DNA of 64,000 nucleotides from contig NW_027117342.1 of NCBI RefSeq assembly GCF_038025025.1, positions 186,001 through 250,000 of the forward strand. The letters run 5' to 3'. Origin of the DNA: Phyllosticta citribraziliensis. Lineage: Eukaryota. Below, piece after piece: positions 37,044 to 46,800 of the stretch. Below the pieces are notes generated by a model that was given only the letters and a program-made list of their open reading frames with translations, did no database searches and was not told the DNA's origin. Within the stretch, counting starts at the first letter, position 1. Each line of letters begins with the position of its first letter. The position numbers were made by a program, and so were the translations under genes.

Positions 37044-38725
37044 ATGGTACATCTTAAGGACGGCCCTTGACTGCCACGCACCTGTCCTCTCAGCGATAAG
37101 GCACTGACTCTTGCAGGCTTCGATGATGAGCACCGTCCGGAGGGCTCATTACAGTCCGCCATGGGCCAACACAAGCATCATTGGCGTTGCTGGTAGCTCC
37201 GGTTCGGGAAAGACGACCCTGTCCCTGGCGATCGTCGCCGCGCTCAACCTGCCATGGGTCGTCATCTTGTCCATGGTAGGCTTCAACTCGGTCGCACTCA
37301 TGCCGTGCCCACGACCCATAGCGCTAATTCGTCTAGGACTCTTTCTACAAGCCGTTGACACCGGCCCAGTCAGCAAAGGCTTTCAGGAACGAGTACGACT
37401 TCGATGCTCCAGAAGCCATCGACTTTGATCTTTTGCTGGAGAAGCTTCAGGATGTCAAGCAGGGGTGAGTGGCCTCTACGAGCAGCCATTGGCAAGAAAC
37501 TGACAGTCCACAGGAAAAAGGTCGACATTCCTGTCTATTCGTTTGAAAAGCATAACCGTTTGGAAAAGTCGACTACCATTTATTCTCCCCACGTGCTCAT
37601 CTTGGAAGGCATTTTTGCTCTTCATGACAAGCGGATACTTGACATGCTCGATCTCAAGGTTTTCAGCTCACTCAGCTCACTTCTAGTGTCTATTCGTTCC
37701 TGACATGTCTAGATTTTTGCCGACGCCGATGGCGACTTGTGCTTGTCGAGAAGACGTGAGCAATTCTTGCGTATTACTTCGTACTCGAGCTGACAGGGAG
37801 CAGTCGTTCGAGACGTAAAGCACAGAGGTCGAGACATTGAGGGCTGCATCAAGCAATGGTTCTCATTCGTCAAGCCCAACTTCCACCAATTTGTTGCTCC
37901 TCAGCGAGAAGTAGCAGGTACGCCCCAAATCTCAAAACAATGGCACATCTACTCACTTGCACCTTAGATATCATCATCCCTCGCGGCGTTGAGAACAAGG
38001 TCGCCATATCGATGGTCACCGACCGCATACAAAAGATTCTCACCATCAAGTCGCATCAGCACCAGGAAGATCTCAAGAGGCTGGGAAAACTGGCCGAAGA
38101 GACTGCTCTTTCTCCCAACGTCATCGTCATGCCCCAAAAGCCGCAGATTGTGGGAATCCACACGCTCTTGATGAACCCCTTCACCTCGCGCCAGGATTTT
38201 GTCTTTTACTTTGACAGAATTTGTGCGCTGCTCATAGAAGAGTCGCTCCAGTGCATGCGCTTTGATGCCGTCACCGTCACAACACCGCAAGAGACCACAT
38301 ACCAGGGGCTGAAGCCTCACGGCGAGGTCAGCGCGGTGGTCGTCTTGCGCGGCGGAGGCGTGCTCGAAAAGGGATTGAAGCGCGTCATACCGGACTGTCG
38401 GACGGGTAGGGTCTTGATCCAGACCAACTACCGGACTGGCGAGCCCGAATTGCACTACCACGTGCTCCCTCAGGGTATCGAGACGCACGAGCGCGTCCTC
38501 ATCATGGATCCCCAAATGTCAAGCGGCGGAGCAGCTCTAATGGCTGTGAGGGTCTTGGTGGATCATGGCGTTCCCGAGAAGAACATTGTCTTTGTGACTT
38601 ATACTGCTGGAAGGCAAGGCTTGAACAGGCTGATGCAAGTCTTTCCCGATATTAGAGTCGTGGTTGGAAGGCTGGTCAAGGATTATGAGGAGCGTTGGGT
38701 AGAGTTGAGATATCTGGGCTGCTAG
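37044..38725 (+). CDS. URK1: Uridine kinase with C-terminal UPRTase-like domain; exons 37044-37046, 37117-37275, 37337-37464, 37514-37658, 37713-37755, 37804-37917, 37968-38725
   Basis: YSPPW, P-loop IIGVAGSSGSGKT, DSFYK, FDAPEAIDFD, VLILEGI, RGRDIEG, UPRT-like LIQTNYRTGEPELHY. The start codon is somewhat uncertain. Confidence 0.9.
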
Positions 38726-38898
38726 AACACATTCGAATTCTTTTCCCAGGTCTCTCTTTGGTCAAACGTGAAATGCGAACCTTGATCGGAGTCCTCTGAT
38801 TGTAGGAGACTTTCCACATTCGGCCTAGCCACGTGACATCGCCGAGCAACCGTGTCAGCTTTCCGCGATTCTCCTTTACACCAAAACCTCCCACATCC

Positions 38899-40322
38899 AT
38901 GACCATGGACCTGATCAGAAAAGCGCTTGACATCTCAAGCGACCCGCGGTACGCGCGATGGCTGTGTCCGCTGCTGCTCTGCGCCGACGCCGCACTATGC
39001 GGGCTCATCATCTGGAAAATACCGTGTGGGTGCAGCACACAGACGATTTGCGATTCTCGTGCCTCGATTGACCAGCATGGCAGACACCGAAATCGACTGG
39101 AACGCGTACATGGAGCAGGTGGAGCAGTTCATTGACGGCGAGCGCGACTACACCAAGATCAAGGGCGGTACGGGGCCCCTGGTGTACCCGGGGGCCCACG
39201 TGTACGTTTACAGGTTGCTGTATAGCCTCACGGGACAGGGCACGAATATTCTGGCTGCGCAATTGCTGTTTGCGGCGCTCTACGTGGCGGTGCTCGTCGT
39301 GGTCATGGCGTGCTACCGCAAGGCAAAGGTGCGTCGACGAGTCCAAATCACTACAGAGAAAAGCTGACCAGAGCAGGTTCCACCGTACGTTTTTCCCATG
39401 TTGATTCTGTCCAAGCGGCTGCACAGCATTTTCGTTCTGCGCTGCTTCAACGATTGCTTCGCCGTCGGCGCGTTCTTCGTGGCCTTGTACCTCTACCAAA
39501 AGCACCTCTGGACCGCGGGCTCCGTCTTCTATTCGCTCGCCGTCGGCATCAAGATGAGCGCACTTTTGGCGCTGCCAGCGCTGGGGCTGGTCCTCCTCCA
39601 GGGCGTAGGAGTCGACCGCGCGCTGACACAGGCCATGATCATGGTGTATTTGCAGGTACGCACGCCCATCGTTTCACGTTTGTAGCAAGAGAGAGGAGCT
39701 GAGTAGGATTCTGCAGCTAGTGTTTGCGTACCCGTTCATGCAGGCCAACATCAAAGGCTATTTCTCCCGCGCCTTTGAGTTGACCCGCGTCTTTCTCTAC
39801 AAGTGGACCGTCAACTGGCGCTTCGTCTCGGAGGAGACGTTCCTGTCCAAGGAATTCGCCGTTGCACTGCTCGTGGCGCATCTTGCGCTGCTAGTCTTCT
39901 TTGCCGCTAACCGTTGGATCAAGCCCGCGCAGCGCTCCGTCCCGGACACCATCCGCCTTATTCTAAAGGAGCCCGCTGACCAGCGACTTATTTCCCGGCG
40001 CGTCAATCCCCAATTCATCCTGACGACGATGCTCTCTGCCATTGCCATTGGTATGCTCTGCGCCCGGTCCCTGCACTACCAGTTCTACGCTTGGATCGCG
40101 TGGGCGACTCCCTTTTTGCTCTGGCGCGCAGGGTTCCATCCCATCCTCCAGTATGTCATTTGGGGGGCGCAAGAGTGGGCTTGGAATGTGTATCCGAGCA
40201 CCAACGCCAGCTCCATGGCCGTGGTGGCAGTTTTGTTTGTTCAAATCGCTGGCGTGTGGTGGGGGACGAGGACGGACGTGGGCGACAAGGAGGGGCATGC
40301 GGTGCATCCTCACGCAGAGTAG
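38899..40322 (+). CDS. ALG3: Dol-P-Man:Man5GlcNAc2-PP-Dol alpha-1,3-mannosyltransferase; exons 38899-39025, 39084-39328, 39377-39655, 39717-40322
   Basis: [59 protein letters not shown]. Confidence 0.95.
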
Positions 40323-40371
40323 TTGCATGTCCTTTCGACATGCAATGGGCGCCGAATATGACGAGATTGCC

Positions 40372-40832
40372 TCAAGAATCATCCTCCGAGTCCGACGGGG
40401 GCATCTTGCCAACGGTCGAATCCTCGTCGTCGCTATCTTCGGGGTACGCTGATGCCTTTGTGAATTGTGCGGGCCTAAGCTGTCAGCATGGGTTCTCTTT
40501 TGACAGTCGGCGCCGTCTTACCAGTATTTCTGCTTCCTCCAGGCCTTTTCGTCCCTCACGACGTTGACAATCTCGCCGGCAATCTTGTTCTCGCGCTCGG
40601 CCAGAGTGGACTGGTCCAGGACGACAAATGTGCCTCGCTTGACCCAGATTGTCGAGCGGAACTTGGCATTGAGCTCGGCCAGGGCCGTCTTGCCAGAGGG
40701 CAGCTCGACCGTGTACAGATTGTTGCCCTCGGCCTTTGTGACCTTTGCGATGGTCTGGGTGTCGGGGAGCGCGGCGGGCGGAGTGAGCGTCTCCTCCTCG
40801 ACGGCGTGGAGCTGGCGCTTGGGTCGTCCCAT
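40372..40832 (-). CDS. eIF1A-like S1/OB-fold RNA-binding protein (EIF1AD family); exons 40832-40522, 40474-40372
   Basis: IAKVTKAEGNNLYTV, LAELNAKFRSTIWVKRGTFVV, KIAGEI, YW|PAQF, acidic tail. Confidence 0.85.
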
Positions 40833-41571
40833 GTTTCGTGCTGTCGTGGAACGAGAAACGAAGTTGATGTTGTCATCAGGCACCACAGCCGCTGGACTTT
40901 TTCACATGGTGTTTCGTGCACGGACCATGTAGGTACGGCTCTAGCGTCGGGGCGGACCTGAGCTTCCCCACGTCACTCCTTTGTTCCATCAACGCCCGCA
41001 GCTCTTCTTCTCTTCCGGTGCTCGACTGTTGCTTCTGCATGGTGAATGCTCCAGCATCTGTCACGTCAAGTCAGCCATGTCGACTTATCAATTGCATCAC
41101 CGGGAAACGAGTCATCCGTCACACCATTGGCCAGCACCACGACCCGTCCACAATGCCCTCCAATTGACATTCGTATCTAACTCGTCGAGATAGGGATGTC
41201 GGGCGTGCGCTACCATGGGACCATATGCTGGGGTAAGGAGATGCGTCTTGTGGAACCGGTTGGGGAAACAATGCGCCCTTCTGGTTCCGCAATCGGTCAA
41301 TGAGATGCATGCAATGGGCCACCTAAGACCCCATGGACCCAATTACCTAAATGAGGAACCATGCTCTCCCTTTTCAAAAGAGCGGCGTGCTGCTGCCAGC
41401 CTCGTGGGCTAGATCTACGTGCTCTGACACGACGACGTTGCGTTTTACGACTCTCTGTTTCTTTTACACTCTCTACTGAAAGATTGATTCTCGCTGCCAG
41501 TCTACCATTGTCATCTCGTACTTTCAAATACTTTCAATTCCATCATTCACATCACATCTTCTACCGCGGAA

Positions 41572-43155
41572 ATGGCGCACACAATCTCGTCCTTTTTCGA
41601 GATTGAAGAGCCGCCGGGAGACAAACACATCACCGACCCGCCTCGGGCCCGCCAGAAATCAGTCTCGATTCGATCACCCTCGAACCAAGCAGAAGACCAC
41701 CTCGTCTTCGGCGAGACAATCGACGGACGCCGCCATGTGCGTACCGACTCGCAAACGTCCAACATCACGGCGGGCACGGCAACGCCGCACACGCCGAGCG
41801 AGCTGGAGCACAACAGCCGGTCGGCGTCGCCGCTCGACGTGGCCTCGATCGCGCAAACGTTCTGGAACCCGCCGATGAACCGGTGGCGGGTGCTGTGCTG
41901 CTGCCTCGTGTACTTTGGCGACGGGCTCAGCGACTCGGCGCCGGGCGCGCTGATCCCGTACATGGAGAGCGCGGCCGAGTACAACGTGGGCTACGCCATC
42001 ATCTCGCTCATCTTCATCAGCAATGCGGCGGGCTTCATCGCGGCGGCGTTCGTCACCAGCGCCATCAACGAGCGGTACGGCCGCGCGCGCAGCCTCGTAC
42101 TGGCCGAGATCACCATGATTGTCGGCTACGTGATGCTCGTGGCCACGCCGCCGTTCTGGGTCGTCGTGTGCTCCTTCTTCCTGCTGGGCTTTGGCTACGC
42201 CATCGGGCTCGCCCTGAACAACGTCTTCGTCGCCAACCTGGCCAACTCGACCATCATCCTCGGCCTGTGCCACGGCTCGTACAGCCTGGGCGGCACGCTG
42301 GGCCCCATCCTCGCCACCGCCATGGCGTCCCACGGCATCCGCTGGTCGCGGTTCTACTTCATCGCGCTCGGCACCCGCGTCGTGTGCGCCGTCTTCAACG
42401 CGTGGGCGTTTTGGAACTACGAGAAGGAGACGGCGCCGGCGGGCGTGCAGCTGCTGTCGGGCCCGGAGCAGCGCTCTGCCGCCGCCGCCGCCGCCTACAC
42501 AGACTACACATCGCGATCCGCCGCCACCGACGAGCAGCAGCCGCGCGCCCAGCGGCCCGAGTCCAAGCGCTCGCTGCTCAAACTGGCGCTGTCCAACCGC
42601 ACGACGCTCACAGGCGCGCTCTTCATCTTCCTGCACCAAGGCGCCGAAGTATCCATCAGCGGGTGGATCATCTCATTCCTAATCCACTACCGCTCAGGCG
42701 ACCCGTCACAAGTCGGCTACGTAACGGCGGGCTTCTTCGGGGGCATCACACTCGGGCGGCTCCTCCTCGTGCACCTCACGCGCCACGTCGGCGGCGAGCT
42801 GCCCTTCGTGACGGGCCTCTCGCTCGGCGCCATCGCCTTCCAAATCCTCGTGTGGCAGGTGCCGTCGCTGCTGTCCAACTACATCTCCATCGCCGTGCTG
42901 GGCTTCCTGCTCGGGCCCATCTACCCCTGCTCGCAGACCATCATGGTGCGCCTGCTGCCGCCCAAGATCCAGATGAACGCCGTCGGCCTCATCGAGGGCG
43001 CGGGCTCCTCGGGCGGCGCGCTCGCGCCGTTCTTGACGGGCCTGCTGGCGCAGGCGAGGGGGACCTGGGTCGTTAATCCCGTCTGTGTTGCCATGTTTGC
43101 GGGCATGTTGGCGTGTTGGTGGGGGTTGCCGCGGGTGAGGAAGCCGGTGGAGTGA
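41572..43155 (+). CDS. MFS transporter (Bsc6-like)
   Basis: About 12 hydrophobic segments; GLSDSAPGALIPYME, HGSYSLGGTLGP, QGAEVSISGW, GFFGGITLGR, GPIYP. Confidence 0.88.
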   Translation: MAHTISSFFEIEEPPGDKHITDPPRARQKSVSIRSPSNQAEDHLVFGETIDGRRHVRTDSQTSNITAGTATPHTPSELEHNSRSASPLDVASIAQTFWNPPMNRWRVLCCCLVYFGDGLSDSAPGALIPYMESAAEYNVGYAIISLIFISNAAGFIAAAFVTSAINERYGRARSLVLAEITMIVGYVMLVATPPFWVVVCSFFLLGFGYAIGLALNNVFVANLANSTIILGLCHGSYSLGGTLGPILATAMASHGIRWSRFYFIALGTRVVCAVFNAWAFWNYEKETAPAGVQLLSGPEQRSAAAAAAYTDYTSRSAATDEQQPRAQRPESKRSLLKLALSNRTTLTGALFIFLHQGAEVSISGWIISFLIHYRSGDPSQVGYVTAGFFGGITLGRLLLVHLTRHVGGELPFVTGLSLGAIAFQILVWQVPSLLSNYISIAVLGFLLGPIYPCSQTIMVRLLPPKIQMNAVGLIEGAGSSGGALAPFLTGLLAQARGTWVVNPVCVAMFAGMLACWWGLPRVRKPVE

Positions 43156-43858
43156 GACGGAGGGGAGGGAGGGAGATGGAATCTGTCCGTCGGTCAGTCG
43201 GGCTGGCACCTCGGTTACATTCAGATGCTTGGGATGGACGACGACTGCTGCTGCTGAGTGGTGTGGGCAGATAGACTACGTACAACAAGTGAGAATCACG
43301 TCGACGTAGACGAGACGTTTCAGAACACGGTCACAAAATACAGAAAAAAATAAACAAAGCGACATGTCTACTTCCCATCTCAGTCTTGACATCTATATCG
43401 CAAGGCAGGTAGACGGGTCGGCAAGGAGCGCTGGCAGGTTCTACGAAAGAGTAAAGAGGGAAGAAGACAACAGGCGGCGCAGACTAAATTCAAATTCCAT
43501 CCCACCTGATTAGACACAATTTACTAGATTAGTCCACAAAGGTTGACGCAGTAAAAAAAATAAAATAAAGAAAAGGAGCAAAAAAATAAAAGGAATTCGA
43601 GGAAAGGGAAAGCAGCCACCCAGCCAGTCAATTAAGTTGGTCAATCAAGCAGCCAGCCGATCCGGGAACTTTTTCTAATAGCAAGTAGGTAGGTAGGTAG
43701 GTAAGTACCTAACCCATCATCCACCCTCCTATCCTTCCGCCTCCTACCCTTCTTCCATCTTCCACCCCCTCCTGTCCTACCCTTCATAAATCTTCCATCC
43801 GCCCATCCTCCACCCTCCCTTCTTCCTCCTTACAAACACGACAGTACCCCTGCTGCAC

Positions 43859-46800
43859 CTACCAGTCCTTCTTAATGTCAAACGACCACTCAAACTTGAG
43901 GTGCGTCTGGTTGTCGTCGTCGACGAACTTGGACACGGCGTTGTAGTGACCGCGCGTCATCATGCCCGAGGGGGCGACTTCGGGCTCGACTGTCCATGGC
44001 AAGCAGGGTCGCGTTAGCCACCGATCCATTCCTCTACCACGCGCGAAAAGAGGGGGAAGGGAAAGGGAGCCCCCAAGCCCAACGGCAGGGCATGATGGGA
44101 CCAGCAGACTCACACTTCTTCTCATAGATGGGCTTATCCGTCGTGTTGGGCCCGTAGCTGCCAATCATCTCCTGCGTCTTCTGGCTGACGCCCATGCGCT
44201 TGATGACCTGCAGGTACTTGAGGCCCGACAGGATGTGGTGCTGCACCTTGAACGTCACCTTCATGCGGAACTGCGCCCCCTCCTTGATCGTGAACGGCTT
44301 CTCCTTGAGGTGGTCCACGGCGCCCGGCGCAGACAGGTCGATGACGATGTCCGGGCGACCCTCGACCTGGTCGTGTGCGGCGGCTGCTTAGCAAAATGCG
44401 TTTTGGGACGAGTGATGGTGGTGGTGGTGGTGGTGCCGGCTTGCTTACCTCGAGACCCAGTGAGAGGATGATGACTGTGCGAGGGTCGTTGGGGTCGGAG
44501 ATGGTGTTGCCCGAGCCAATGCCCAGGCTCTCCTTCCACTTGCGGAGAGACTCGTCATTCTGATCTACAATCAATCACATTAGCAACTCCTGACGACGAC
44601 CTGCATGTGCTTTGCTGCCTGCGTTGAAGTGAGTGAGAGACAGTCAAAAAGGAATGTCATTGATGGAAAGCTGGCGCGTAGCAAGAGAGCTTTTTAAAGC
44701 AAAAAAGTCACTCCAAACTCCAACGCCAGCAGACCACAAATGACCCCCAAAACTAATTCGCATCGCTCAAATGTGATTTGATTCAGTGCCTGCTGGAAAC
44801 CCTCTTCTGCTTCACTCTGTTGCAAGAGCAGACGAGGGATGACTTTGAGAGACCAAGTCTTGCCTCCTCTCGAGCCAGAGGCAAAAGAATGCAGCGGTAT
44901 TTTGACAGCGTCATTCAATGCTCGACCGCTTCGACTTTCCCCTTCGCATGAGAAGCTCCGAGACTGGGGACTGTCGACGATGTCAAAGTATGTCAAGTAG
45001 CTGTGAACTCCACCGCGATGTCTGGGAAAGTGACGGCTCCTTGACGCTGTCGGCCTGCACATGTTTCTGGGCCAGTCCAGTTGCTTCTGAGCCGGGAATC
45101 TCATCGACTGGTCCGGCCTCGAAACAGTCGTTTTGTTGGCTCGCAAAAAGCAATCGCTGCTGCGCATCCTCGAGTACAGGGAGTATGCAGTCGACAGAAT
45201 GTCGCATCACGTCCAATTCCCGCCGTTTGAGCTCGCCGTATGTCTGACGAAGCTTGTCGGTGTGGTAAACGAACAATTGAGTCAGATGTTGCAATGACAC
45301 GTGTGGCATGCCATCCGAGGAATCCGAGTCGATGGAGCGATTTGAAAGCATTGAAACGACAGGGATTGAATGGGTCTCAAACTGTGGGGGCTCCTTTTCT
45401 GACTTGGACGAACAAGAGTCCCTCCCATTCTGTGGCGATTCAGAGGCCGAAGCATGGGAGTTGCAGCCGAACTTCTTTTGACAGCTGGACGGCTCGTCGT
45501 CCATGGGCGGAAATACAGAAACTCGCAGCGGAGAGCTGTGCTGTGGTGCATGAGACGTCCTCAAAGCATGGCGGCAGCCTTGGTTCGCCTGATATCGATG
45601 CCACGGTCTGTGAAGTGGCGTCGACAGAGTGTGCTCGGAAGAGTAGGACAGTGCTGCCGATTGCCGTTTGGTTGTCCCGCCACCAGTGTTGGAGGAATCA
45701 GGCGCCGGTGGTCTTGTACTCGAGCCATTTCCCCCAGAGGGACCTGGTGGAGGTCCACCAGATGAATCGTCGTGCGGTGGTTGGTAATTGGTCTGATCAA
45801 CCGAGTCGGACGAGTCAGAATCAGAGCTAGAGCTTGAGCCTGACGAGTTTTTACTGGACTCTTCATTGTCGGCACGGCTAGCATCATCTTGGGCCTCTCG
45901 TTGCGCCTCCAGCGGCGACTGGTCATCAACCCGTGATTGTGTCGTCCGTTGGGAAGCTTGAGTATTCTCATGGTCCTCTCTGGGCGCTGCAGTCTCGCCA
46001 GGGTCAGAGGAGCGTCGGAGAACATCGGTCACGGTTTGCGATTCTGTCGAGGGCTTCTTCTTGGACAATTTCCCCCGAAATATTTCAAACGCCTTCCCCA
46101 GGCTGCTCTCTTTGAGCCGCTTGGCCAACTCCTTTCTCCGGGCATTGCGTTCGCATTGAATCCAATCTTGCCGGCGTTTCTTGGCTTCCAAGATTTCCAC
46201 GTGCCGTCTTGAGCGCTCTTTCTGACGTGACTTTCTTATTCCTTGGTCAACCATCTTGAAGAATCGTGAGGACAAACGCCGTTGCTCTTGCCTTTGGCGG
46301 AATGCATTGTAAGAACCAGAAATCGTCGAAACGTGTCTGCCGAATTTGGTATCTGCCAAACGCTGTCTGCGTCGAGCCGCTCGCAGACGGCGCTCTTGCC
46401 TCCTGTTTTGCTTTTCCATGGCTTTGATGGCTCTGCCCCGTTGTCTCTCTCTTTCCAGAGGAAGTCTTTCTCTGGCCTCTTGCAACATCCGCTCTTGTTC
46501 CTCGACAGCGTTGAGCTGAATTTTGATGCGCTCTCGCTTAATCGTGGCCGCCAGTGCAGCTAATCTCTGGTCTAATGTGTTGTTTATGATGATATCGGAA
46601 TCCCTTGAGGCACGAGGATCAAAGCTAAATTCAGCGTCCGAAGGACTGGAAGGGTCATGCTGAGCAGCTGGCTCTGGTGCATGAGAGTTGAGTTGATCCT
46701 TCCGGCGGATTGCCAGAGATCTGAGCATGCGAATTTTCCGGCCATTGGCACTGCTGAGCGCCCTATGTTGAGACCCTTGGCCCTCAGAAGGGTTGGCAGG

